From: Gemmatimonadota bacterium
Lineage (GTDB): Bacteria; Gemmatimonadota; Gemmatimonadetes; Gemmatimonadales; GWC2-71-9
DNA: 64,000 nucleotides
Direction of reading: 5' to 3'
Assembly (NCBI GenBank): GCA_039589615.1
Contig: JBDHHA010000005.1
Coordinates: forward strand, 4,431-68,430
Below, in pieces: positions 35,574-44,353 of the stretch (position 1 is the stretch's first letter; every line of letters begins with the position of its first letter). A program made the position numbers and the translations under genes. Under the pieces are notes generated by a model, which was not told the origin of the DNA, ran no database searches, and saw only the letters and a list, made by a program, of their open reading frames with translations.

Positions 35574-37022
35574 ATGAAGCGCTACTCCTTGACTACCAAG
35601 GCCGGACTTCACTTGGCACTTGCCGCCGCGCTGCTCGTGGCAGGATGCTCGGTGAACCCAGCAACGGGCGAACGTCAACTCGTCCTCATCGGCGAGGGAA
35701 GCGAGATCCGTATGGGTCGGGAGGCCGACGGAGAGATCACAGCCTCCCTGGGCACCTATGACGATCCAGGCCTTCAGGAGTACATCACGCAGCTCGGCAG
35801 TCAATTGGCTGCGACATCCGAACGCCCCAATCTTCCTTGGAGCTTCAAGGTCGTCGACGACCCCATCGTCAACGCGTTCGCCTTGCCGGGCGGTTTCATC
35901 TACATCACCCGCGGGATCATGGCCCACTTCAACTCGGAGGCCCAACTCGCCTCGGTGGTGGGCCATGAGATCGGACACGTTACCGGCCGGCACTCCGTGG
36001 AGCAGTTGAGCCGGGCGCAACTGGCACAGGTTGGGCTGGTGGCCGGGGTCCTGATCGTCCCGGAGCAGTTTCAGGGTGCTCTGGGGGCGGCGAGCGTCGG
36101 CCTGCAACTCATGTTCCTCAAATTCGGGCGGGACGACGAGCGCCAGGCCGACGACTTGGGACTCCGCTACATCGATCGAGCCGGCTACGACCCCAGAGAG
36201 ATGCCCGGGGTCTTTGCCATGCTGGGGCGTGTGAGCACCGCCGCGGGCGGAGGACGGGTCCCGGAATGGCTGTCCACCCACCCCAATCCCGAGAACCGCG
36301 AGCAGCGTATCGAGCAGGCCATCGCCGAGCTGGGCACCGACTTCACAGGACGAGAAGTGGCGCGCGCATCATACCTGGATCGCCTCGACGGCATGGTGTT
36401 CGGCCCGGATCCCCGCGACGGATTCTTCGAAGGTTCACTCTTCATGCACCCGCGCATGCGCTTCAGAGTCACCTTCCCCGACGGCTGGCAAACCCAGAAC
36501 CAGCGCCAGGCCGTCGTCGGCGTGAACGAGGAACAGAACGCCATCGTACAGCTGACCCTTGCCTCCCAGGCAACCCCGGACGCCGCAGCCCAGAGCTTCC
36601 TGACACAGGAGGGCATCACCGGCTCCACTCCTCGGCGAACCACAATCAACCGCCTCGACGCCGTCACGGCCGACTTCCAGGCGTCCACCGAGCAGGCCAC
36701 GCTGGAAGGCAGCGCCGCGTTCATCGCCTATGACGGCAACGTGTACCAAATGTTGGGGTACGGCACGACGGATGCGTGGCGGACGAACCGCGACATCGTG
36801 CAACGCACCTTTGGCAGCTTTGGAGCGTTACGCGATCAGGAGGCGCTCAACGCCCAGCCTCTACGCCTCGACATCGTCACGATCCCACGGGCGATGACGC
36901 TACAGGAATTCGCGGCTCAGTACCCGTCGGAGGCGCCGGTTGAGCAACTGGCCCTCATCAACCAGTTGGAGTTGGACGCAACAGTTCCTGCCGGTACTAG
37001 GCTGAAGCGGGTAGTGCAGTAA
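35574..37022 (+). CDS. M48-family zinc metalloprotease lipoprotein
   Basis: Lipobox LLVAGC and zinc motif VVGHEIGHVTGRH. A large C-terminal domain of unknown type follows. Confidence 0.8.
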   Translation: MKRYSLTTKAGLHLALAAALLVAGCSVNPATGERQLVLIGEGSEIRMGREADGEITASLGTYDDPGLQEYITQLGSQLAATSERPNLPWSFKVVDDPIVNAFALPGGFIYITRGIMAHFNSEAQLASVVGHEIGHVTGRHSVEQLSRAQLAQVGLVAGVLIVPEQFQGALGAASVGLQLMFLKFGRDDERQADDLGLRYIDRAGYDPREMPGVFAMLGRVSTAAGGGRVPEWLSTHPNPENREQRIEQAIAELGTDFTGREVARASYLDRLDGMVFGPDPRDGFFEGSLFMHPRMRFRVTFPDGWQTQNQRQAVVGVNEEQNAIVQLTLASQATPDAAAQSFLTQEGITGSTPRRTTINRLDAVTADFQASTEQATLEGSAAFIAYDGNVYQMLGYGTTDAWRTNRDIVQRTFGSFGALRDQEALNAQPLRLDIVTIPRAMTLQEFAAQYPSEAPVEQLALINQLELDATVPAGTRLKRVVQ

Positions 37023-37349
37023 GGGTTTCCTCGAGATCGCGGAGCCGCCGGCACAGGGTCCGGCCGTTGGGAGGGCTCGAACAGACCGGAGTAGAGAACC
37101 ACGATGGCGGCGACGAGCGCGAGGTACTTGGCGAGAGCGCGTACGTTGCGCCGACGGCGTCGCTCCTGGAGGGCGTGGGGGAGCTTGGGTGCCTGCTTAG
37201 TCATGTCGGTTTGAAACTAATCGAGGTATCTGAGGTGGTGACCACCGGCCCACTGCGATCGCACGTGGCTCCTCCACCGCCATACTGCGACGGCGACCAC
37301 CGACAGGTAATGCTCCGTGCAATCGTCGGAGCGCGATCCCGCCGTTGCT

Positions 37350-37604
37350 TCAGGTAACTTTGAAGACCTGGTCGTGCTGACGCGCCCGCTGCACCACCTG
37401 GATCGCGATGTCCTCTCCCTTGGACGCGTGCTCGACCTTCCGGTGGTCCACTTCCATGGAAAAGATGCGCTCGCTGAAATCCGTGGTGTGCCCCAGGAGG
37501 TGGATCTCGTCTCCCACGTCCAGCGCTCCGTCATCCACGTGGACGATCGCGACGGATGGCCCCCTGAAGTAATGCGTGACCGTGCCAATGAGCTTTTCCG
37601 ACAT
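37350..37604 (-). CDS. Small EF-Tu-domain-2-like beta-barrel protein (84 aa)
   Basis: ATG 37604 preceded by GGGAGGAAGC. MSEKLIGTVTHYFRGPSVAIVHVDDGALDVGDEIHLLGHTTDF... matches my recollection of small translation-factor-like proteins. The rest of ORF 37350..38402 is antisense to sfsA and is rejected. Confidence 0.55.
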   Translation of the reverse strand: MSEKLIGTVTHYFRGPSVAIVHVDDGALDVGDEIHLLGHTTDFSERIFSMEVDHRKVEHASKGEDIAIQVVQRARQHDQVFKVT

Positions 37605-37697
37605 GCTTCCTCCCAGCAAAGGCTCACGGGTGGCGCTGCCCTCAATTGGAATACTACAGGTTGAGACGGACTTTCTCCAACTGGAGTAAGTTATGCA

Positions 37698-38396
37698 ATG
37701 CGCATCCCGGGTCCTCTTGTGCCAGGTCGTTTCGTCCGTCGGCCGAACCGGTTCCTCACGATCGTCGAGCTCGACGGCGTCGAGGTCGAAGCACACCTCC
37801 CCGATCCGGGTCGTCTGCAGGAGCTGCTCGTGCCTGGTTGTCGGGTGTGGGTCCGCCACGTCTCCGATCGCACGCGCAGGACGTCCTACACGCTGACCCT
37901 GGCGGAAACACCAACGCAGGAGATCGTCTCGTTGGTCACCACCTTTCCCAACGAGATGGTGGCCGAAGCACTTGTGGCCGGACGGATTCGCGAACTCGCC
38001 CCATGGAAGATCCGGAAGCGGGAATTCTCGTGGGGAAAGAGCCGCTTCGATTTCCTCCTCGGCAGAAATGCCGCGCGTCGCATGCTCTTGGAGGTGAAGT
38101 CCGTGACCCTCGTCGAGGGTGACCGTGCCCTGTTTCCCGACGCGGTCACCGCCCGGGGCGCCCGTCACGTCCGGGAGTTGGCTACCGCGACGACCGAGGG
38201 ATTCGAGACCGGGGTGTTGTTCGTGGTTCAGCGTCGCGACGCGGCAAGCGTGACGGCGGCCCGGGCCATCGACCCGCACTTCGCCGATTCCCTGGCCGCG
38301 GCCCGAAGGGCTGGCGTGCAGCTCATGGGGTACCGCTGCACCGTGTCCACGTCCGAAGCGGTCCTCACCGACCCGATCCCCGTTCGCATCGACTGA
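37698..38396 (+). CDS. sfsA: Sugar fermentation stimulation protein homolog
   Basis: 232 aa. GRFVRRPNRFLTIVELDGVEVEAHLPDPGRLQELL, SRFDFLL and LLEVKSVTL are typical SfsA. Confidence 0.88.
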   Translation: MRIPGPLVPGRFVRRPNRFLTIVELDGVEVEAHLPDPGRLQELLVPGCRVWVRHVSDRTRRTSYTLTLAETPTQEIVSLVTTFPNEMVAEALVAGRIRELAPWKIRKREFSWGKSRFDFLLGRNAARRMLLEVKSVTLVEGDRALFPDAVTARGARHVRELATATTEGFETGVLFVVQRRDAASVTAARAIDPHFADSLAAARRAGVQLMGYRCTVSTSEAVLTDPIPVRID

Positions 38397-38407
38397 GACC
38401 ATCGCTC

Positions 38408-38435
38408 TTGACTGGGCCTAATGTTCTGCTAATAA
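38408..38435 (+). promoter_or_regulatory. Sigma-70-like promoter candidate (TTGACT-16-TAATAA)
   Basis: TTGACT at 38408-13 and TAATAA at 38430-35 in an AT-rich spacer upstream of the outer-membrane channel gene. Confidence 0.3.
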
Positions 38436-38493
38436 TTCGTTTACCCTAATTGTCATATTAGGGACCACTGATTCCTTCGGACCATAGCCCAGA

Positions 38494-39288
38494 ATGCCGA
38501 GAATACAGAGGGCCCCAATGCGAATTGCGTCTTCTTATGCGGTCCTTATCGCTCTGGCGGCTGCGCCATGCTCGGCACAGGACGGTGCCCTTGTCACCGA
38601 TCGGCCCGACTTCACCGAGAGCGCCCTGTCGGTCCTGCCGGGGGTGGTCCAGGTGGAAGCGGGATACACGTGGACCAGAAACGATGGCGTCGATGTCCAT
38701 TCGCTGGGCGAGGTGCTGCTGCGGATCGGGGTGTTGCCGAGGGCGGAGGTGCGAGTGGGCCTCAATTCCTTTGCCTGGTCCGACGGTCCCTCGAACGCAA
38801 GCGGCATGGAAGACGCCTCGCTGGGTGTCAAAGTCGAGCTCACACCCGGCAGCAACCAGGGATTCCAACTCCTGAGACCCAGCATCGCCCTGCTGGTGAG
38901 TACCACCCTGCCAACCGGCGCCGAGGAATTCGGCGAGACCGAGCTGCAACCCGCCGCAACCCTGGCAATGTCATGGGACTTGTCCGAACGGCTGGGATTG
39001 GGGGCCAACGCCGGCGTGGGAGCCCCGACGCTGGACGGAGACCGATTTGGTCAGTTCTCCGGATCACTGGCCCTCGGGGCCTCGGTCACGGAGCACTTGG
39101 GTGCCTACGGGGAGTATTACGTGTTTGCTCCGCCAGGTCCTGATGCCGAGGCAGCCGGGTTCCTGAATGGCGGACTCACGTGGCTCCTTGGCGAGGATTT
39201 TCAGCTCGATCTGCGGGCGGGGTTTGGCGTTCACGGTGATGATGCGGACGCCTTTTTCTTCGGCGGCGGCCTCGCTACCCGGTTCTAA
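38494..39288 (+). CDS. Outer-membrane beta-barrel channel (MetA/phenol-degradation-type transporter family)
   Basis: Signal peptide, then TDRPDFTESALSVLPGVVQVEAGYTW, alternating beta-strand pattern and a C-terminal ...GGGLATRF. Confidence 0.65.
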   Translation: MPRIQRAPMRIASSYAVLIALAAAPCSAQDGALVTDRPDFTESALSVLPGVVQVEAGYTWTRNDGVDVHSLGEVLLRIGVLPRAEVRVGLNSFAWSDGPSNASGMEDASLGVKVELTPGSNQGFQLLRPSIALLVSTTLPTGAEEFGETELQPAATLAMSWDLSERLGLGANAGVGAPTLDGDRFGQFSGSLALGASVTEHLGAYGEYYVFAPPGPDAEAAGFLNGGLTWLLGEDFQLDLRAGFGVHGDDADAFFFGGGLATRF

Positions 39289-39298
39289 TCGGCGAGCC

Positions 39299-41119
39299 TC
39301 ACTCCCACTCGATGGTCCCCGGCGGCTTTGATGTTATGTCGAGGGCCAGACCGGAGATGCCAGGCAATGCGAGGATGTCGCCGCGAAGCTCGTCCGACAG
39401 GGGTTTGGGCAGCTCCACCGGAGCCGCGGTCATGGCACGCTGAGACCGCACCGGACGCACCACCACGAGCTCTCCCTTCCCCGGTTCGAACTCCAGGGGC
39501 ACCAGCACCGTGGGGCATTGCCAGATCTCGTCGTACAACCCGTGGCGTGTCAGCGCCGCCATCACGATACCATCCGCTTCCCGCAGCAAATCGAGACGCT
39601 CACGCGTGGCGGTAGCCGCGAGGGGACGAACATCGTCAGGCACGGTAGGGGAGAGATTCCATATGCACCGGTTGATCGCCGGGACATCTGCAGTGATGAG
39701 GGACGCTGCTTCGAGGAGGTTGGGCCAGGACACGTCTCCCGACAGCAAGACGGGATGCTCGTACGCCCGCAGATCGGCCTTCACGCCAACCGAGCGAATG
39801 GGAAGCGCAAGAACCTCCACCCCGAACTGTCGACCCAACGCCTGAAGCTGGGATTCGATGGCGTCGAGACCAGCTCGGTCCGGCTCCCCGGCGTTGCACA
39901 ACAGCCGCACTCCCAAGCCGGGGCCCGGGAAGGGATGCCGCCACAGTAGCTCGTGGGAAACGCCCAAGCGCTCGCCCAATTCCCGCACCTCGACCTTGTA
40001 CAACTCGGCAAGGGGCTCGATCACGTTCCCCTCGGCAATCATCTGCTCGATGATCGGCACCCGGTTGTGGTGGGTCTTGATGGTGTCGGCTCGTTTCGTC
40101 GCACCCGTCTCGATCGTATCGGGGTAGATCGTACCCTGTCCCAGGAGGTGGCTTTGGATGCCGAGGCGCTCGGCTTCAGCCTGGAACACGCGAATGAACG
40201 TCTCACCGATGATCGTGCGTTTCTCCTCTGGATCGACGACCCCTTTGAGGGCGTCGAGAAAATCGTCGCTGGCATCCACAAAGTGCAGGTGCTCTCCCAA
40301 TCCCATCTCGTGAAACAGCTCCACCACCTTCCGGCTCTCGTCCTTGCGCATCAACCCGTTGTCGATGTGCAGCAGGTTGAGACGATCGGGACCGAGTGCC
40401 TGTCCGATGATCATTGCGGCCACCGTGGAGTCCACCCCACCGGACACCAGCAGAAACACCGATCGATCTCCCACATGGGCCTTGATCCTCGCCTGCTCCT
40501 CGTCGACGAAGCTCTCCATGGTCCAAGAGGGACGGCATCCGCAGATCTCGAACAGGAAATTGGAGATCATCTGATCTCCGTGAATCGTATCGTCCACTTC
40601 GGGATGGAACTGAAAACCGTAGCGCTTGAGGGAATCGGACCCGATAGCGGCATAGCGATGGTCGGTGGTGCCTTCGGCCGTCGCCGTGAAACCCAACTCC
40701 TCGAACTCGGGTCCTATGCCACTCACCGAGTCGTAGTGACTCATCCACACCTGCTCTACCGGATCGAGGCCGGCAAGGATCTTGTGCTCACCCTTCAAAT
40801 GGAGTTTTGCCCGCCCCCACTCCCGTCCCCCGTGCGTCACCGTGCCGCCGTAATGCTTGGCGATCTCCTGGTGACCGAAGCAGAACCCCACGATGGGAAC
40901 GTCGAGATCGTAGATCTCCTTGGTGTAGTCCGAATCCTCCCCGTGGGAAGCCAGACTCGGGCTTCCCGAGATGATGATTCCCTTGTAGGGCGAAAAGGAT
41001 TCGATGGGGTCCTCGGGCTGGCGAATCTCAGCCAGTACTCCGTGGCGGCGCACCTTCGTGGCGATGAGGTGTGCGTATTGCCCACCGAAATCGACTACGG
41101 CAACGGTGTCGTGTTTCAT
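39299..41119 (-). CDS. guaA: GMP synthase (glutamine-hydrolysing), long form
   Basis: GATase (VGFCFGHQ, FQFHPEV), ATP-PPase P-loop (LLVSGGVDSTV) and C-terminal SKPPGTIEWE. It is 606 aa with an extended C-terminal region. Confidence 0.92.
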   Translation of the reverse strand: MKHDTVAVVDFGGQYAHLIATKVRRHGVLAEIRQPEDPIESFSPYKGIIISGSPSLASHGEDSDYTKEIYDLDVPIVGFCFGHQEIAKHYGGTVTHGGREWGRAKLHLKGEHKILAGLDPVEQVWMSHYDSVSGIGPEFEELGFTATAEGTTDHRYAAIGSDSLKRYGFQFHPEVDDTIHGDQMISNFLFEICGCRPSWTMESFVDEEQARIKAHVGDRSVFLLVSGGVDSTVAAMIIGQALGPDRLNLLHIDNGLMRKDESRKVVELFHEMGLGEHLHFVDASDDFLDALKGVVDPEEKRTIIGETFIRVFQAEAERLGIQSHLLGQGTIYPDTIETGATKRADTIKTHHNRVPIIEQMIAEGNVIEPLAELYKVEVRELGERLGVSHELLWRHPFPGPGLGVRLLCNAGEPDRAGLDAIESQLQALGRQFGVEVLALPIRSVGVKADLRAYEHPVLLSGDVSWPNLLEAASLITADVPAINRCIWNLSPTVPDDVRPLAATATRERLDLLREADGIVMAALTRHGLYDEIWQCPTVLVPLEFEPGKGELVVVRPVRSQRAMTAAPVELPKPLSDELRGDILALPGISGLALDITSKPPGTIEWE

Positions 41120-41260
41120 ATATCCGAGATTGGGATGATTCGAGCTGGCTGCGTCATGTCATTGGCTGCATGAAGTCTAGCACCCGTGGGAAGGGGTCCA
41201 CTATCTTATCGCCGCGCACCCGAATCGGGCGAGCGCTTCGACCCACGCGTAGGAGCAACC

Positions 41261-42400
41261 ATGGGCACCACCCGACGAGACTTTCTTCGCATGTCCGGCG
41301 CCGCCGGCGCTTTGTCCTTTGGGGCAGCGGCTCCCCTCTTTGATCTCGGCCTACATCCCTCGCAGACCCCACGGTCTTCCGCCCCCCTCAAGATATTGAT
41401 CCTGGGTGGGACGGGTTTCATCGGCCCCCACCAGGTTCGCTACGCAATGTCGCAGGGGCACACGGTGACGTTGTTCAACCGCGGTCAAACCAACCCCGGT
41501 CTCTTCCCAAACGTCGAGAAGCTCCGCGGCGATCGGGACGGGGGCCTGGACGTGCTCCGGGGGCGCGAGTGGGACGCGGTGATCGATAACTCGGGATACG
41601 TCCCCCGCCTGGTGCGCGACTCGGCACAGCTCCTCAAGGATTCGGTGGGCCGGTATCTCTTCGTGTCCTCGATCTCCGTCTACGACGTGTCGCTGACGGC
41701 CGGGCAGAACGAGTACGAGGCCCCGATTGCCACCATGGAGGATCCCACCATCGAGGACACACGCCAGTATTACGGCCCCCTCAAGGCCCTGTGCGAGCAG
41801 GAGGTCGAGGCGGCGTTCGGGGACCGCGCCATTTCCGTGCGGCCCGGCGTGATCGCCGGACCGGGAGATCCGACGGATCGCATCCGTCACTGGGTGGCCC
41901 GGGTAGACCGGGGTGGAGAGATCATGGTGCCGGGCGAACCCACCGACCGGGTGCAGTACATCGACGCCCGGGACCTCACCGGGTGGTCCGTGCGCATGCT
42001 GGAGCAAGGCGACTCCGGCCTCTACAACGCCGTGGGCCCCACCGCGCCCCTCTCCAGTGCGGAATTGGTGTACGGCATCCGGGCCGTTTCCAGCGGCGAC
42101 GTGTCGTTCACCTGGGTCGACGAGTCCTTCCTCGCCGAGAATGAGGTATCGGAGTATTCCTACATGCCCTGGCTTCCCAGTACCAACGCCATGCACGCGT
42201 TCAACTACGTCAACCACACCCGTGCGCTCGGCACCGGCCTCACGTTCCTCCCACTGGCCACGACTGCGTTCGACATGCTCGAGGAGTACCATGCGAATCC
42301 CGACCGGCACGAACCGGGGGGGTTTGGACGGCGGGGCGGCGTGCCATGGGCGAGAGAGACCGAGTTGCTCCAGGCATGGCACGCGCGGACGGGGGGATAG
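41261..42400 (+). CDS. NAD(P)-binding epimerase/dehydratase-fold (SDR) protein with Tat signal
   Basis: ATG 41261 gives MGTTRRDFLRMSGAAGALSFGAAAP (twin-arginine motif), then the Rossmann motif ILILGGTGFIGPH. Confidence 0.7.
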   Translation: MGTTRRDFLRMSGAAGALSFGAAAPLFDLGLHPSQTPRSSAPLKILILGGTGFIGPHQVRYAMSQGHTVTLFNRGQTNPGLFPNVEKLRGDRDGGLDVLRGREWDAVIDNSGYVPRLVRDSAQLLKDSVGRYLFVSSISVYDVSLTAGQNEYEAPIATMEDPTIEDTRQYYGPLKALCEQEVEAAFGDRAISVRPGVIAGPGDPTDRIRHWVARVDRGGEIMVPGEPTDRVQYIDARDLTGWSVRMLEQGDSGLYNAVGPTAPLSSAELVYGIRAVSSGDVSFTWVDESFLAENEVSEYSYMPWLPSTNAMHAFNYVNHTRALGTGLTFLPLATTAFDMLEEYHANPDRHEPGGFGRRGGVPWARETELLQAWHARTGG

Positions 42401-42409
42401 GGCGAACCG

Positions 42410-44353
42410 TCACGTAGCGAGGCGGGCAAACCGGCGATTCGAGTTCGGGAAATCCACGCCCATCGCAATCCCGGCCATCGCGCCAAACAGCAGCGAGATG
42501 GCGATCACCGTGACGTCGCCCGTCAGCCGGAACGGAGGAGCCGGTGCCGCGGAAACCATCGTCAGCACCACTCCGATCATCACCGAGACGGCCGCGGCCC
42601 ATTGGTATATGCGGAGCCCACCCACCACGATCGTCTGGGGCTCGCCGCGGTACGCCTCTTCGGCGAACCGCGCCACGCCATTCAGGATGAGGAATGCCCC
42701 GGCCACGACGCCGAGCGGCGCATCGAGACTCCACAACCGCACGAGGATGGCCATCGTCACCACGTTCGCCAAGATCGAGTAGAGCGGCGTGGGGTGTACT
42801 GGCACGCCGCGGAAGGCCGTCATCGTGCAGACTCGCGATCGAGGCGCCCAATAGCGTATGCCGACGCCGTCCCGTGTGGGTCTGCCGTGACAACACCCCT
42901 GCACCAGACACCGAAGCCTCCCGATGCCCTGAACCCACGGTGCGCTCACGGCAAGGGCCGCGAGGAGCAGCAGCACATCGAACCCCATCACGCCCGCGAC
43001 GAGGCAACCCGTGATACCGCCGAAGACCGAGCCGTAGAAACCGAACGGACGAGACAACCCCGAAGCTCCTTCCAGCTTTTGAGCCCACAGGCCGGCCCCC
43101 ACCAGGGCGCACACCGCAACCGCGGCGGACGCGACAACCTGAGTGGGCCCCGCCAGCGACGCTGCGATCCACAACCCACCCCCACCCCCGATGGCCGCAT
43201 ACGCCCCGTGGCTGATGATCCGCACCGGGCCCACACGCCACTCCTTCCACGAGTTCGCCAGGATCTCCGTCCAGTCTCGGAGCCGCTTCCACACGGCCCG
43301 ATAGTTCCAGAAGACGAAGTAGAACACCGCCGCGGATACGATGTCGGCGATGGCGTGCATGCCCGTCGTCACGCAGCTGACCATAATCAGAACCGCCGCG
43401 GTCCATGCCGCGATCCTAAAGCGGGGACCGCGTCGACCCCACGCGCTCGCCGCGAAGAGGGTCCAGATCACATGGAAGGAGGGAAACGCCCCCACGGTGT
43501 GGGACATTGCCCGTTCCCACGTGAGCATCCGTCCGGCAAGCGAGTGCGGTGTGAAGTCCCTGGGGGGCGCGACCACGGGAACGGTGAGGTAGACCAGCGT
43601 GACCACCGCCGTCGCCAGCAGCCCCGCTATCGCAAACCGTCGGAGGTGGGACCGCTTTCGCATGACGAACGGAACAAGTCCGACAAACAGGTAGACGCTG
43701 GCGTAGACCGGCTCCGTCCATTGCAGTACGGGCCAGGTCCGCTCGAAGGGGAAGTATGCCTCGACGGCATCCGGGGGAATGCCGAGTCGATACACCGCCT
43801 CAAAGGCCACCGTCCAGGGCAGGATGACCAAGAGAAAGATCGAGAGGCGTTCCCACCCCGACGGCCGGCCGTCATCGTCCCGCGGCAGCGACACCAAGGG
43901 GCGGCGGGTCTCGACATCCCTCGATAAGCGGCTCAATGCGTCCCGCTCGTGCCCCAACACCAACGCGGTAGCGCTCAGCGCCACAACGGGCGACACGAGC
44001 CAGAGACCGCTGGCGGAGCCACAGCCCACCGAGACGCCCACGCACGCCAACAAGAAGCCGACGTAGATAGGGTGTCCGTAGAACCGGTACACCCCACGCG
44101 TGACGTATTGGGTTGGCGGATAGGCGTTCATGGGAAGGCCGCGCCCGTACACCGTGAGGGCGTACCACCCGGCGAACATCAACGAGACACCCAGGACCAG
44201 AATCATCGCTCCTGCGGTGACGCTCTCCACGGCAGGCAGCGGGACCACGTCTCCCGTGGCCGACGCCCAGGCAACGAGGCCGACCGGGAGCCCGACACAC
44301 CAGAGCACTCCGTACAACCAGGGACCGACTCCGCGCCGTTCCTTCACGACCAT
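42410..44353 (-). CDS. Three-module integral membrane fusion: ICMT/PEMT-like methyltransferase + PAP2-superfamily + Lgt-like diacylglyceryl transferase
   Basis: ATG 44353 starts one uninterrupted 647-aa ORF. The N-terminal module has RGVYRFYGHPIYVGFLL. The middle module has AFPSFHVIWT...TTGMHAIADI. The C-terminal module has RPFGFYGSVFGGITG, GIGRLRCLVQGCCHGRPT, VHPTPLYSILAN and NGVARFAEEAYRGEP. Confidence 0.7.
   Translation of the reverse strand: MVVKERRGVGPWLYGVLWCVGLPVGLVAWASATGDVVPLPAVESVTAGAMILVLGVSLMFAGWYALTVYGRGLPMNAYPPTQYVTRGVYRFYGHPIYVGFLLACVGVSVGCGSASGLWLVSPVVALSATALVLGHERDALSRLSRDVETRRPLVSLPRDDDGRPSGWERLSIFLLVILPWTVAFEAVYRLGIPPDAVEAYFPFERTWPVLQWTEPVYASVYLFVGLVPFVMRKRSHLRRFAIAGLLATAVVTLVYLTVPVVAPPRDFTPHSLAGRMLTWERAMSHTVGAFPSFHVIWTLFAASAWGRRGPRFRIAAWTAAVLIMVSCVTTGMHAIADIVSAAVFYFVFWNYRAVWKRLRDWTEILANSWKEWRVGPVRIISHGAYAAIGGGGGLWIAASLAGPTQVVASAAVAVCALVGAGLWAQKLEGASGLSRPFGFYGSVFGGITGCLVAGVMGFDVLLLLAALAVSAPWVQGIGRLRCLVQGCCHGRPTRDGVGIRYWAPRSRVCTMTAFRGVPVHPTPLYSILANVVTMAILVRLWSLDAPLGVVAGAFLILNGVARFAEEAYRGEPQTIVVGGLRIYQWAAAVSVMIGVVLTMVSAAPAPPFRLTGDVTVIAISLLFGAMAGIAMGVDFPNSNRRFARLAT

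Noticed and set aside
37605-38402. Upstream 266 aa of ORF 37350..38402 (-)
   Set aside because: It is antisense to a full-length sfsA. Only the last 84 codons, which have their own strong SD, look like a gene.
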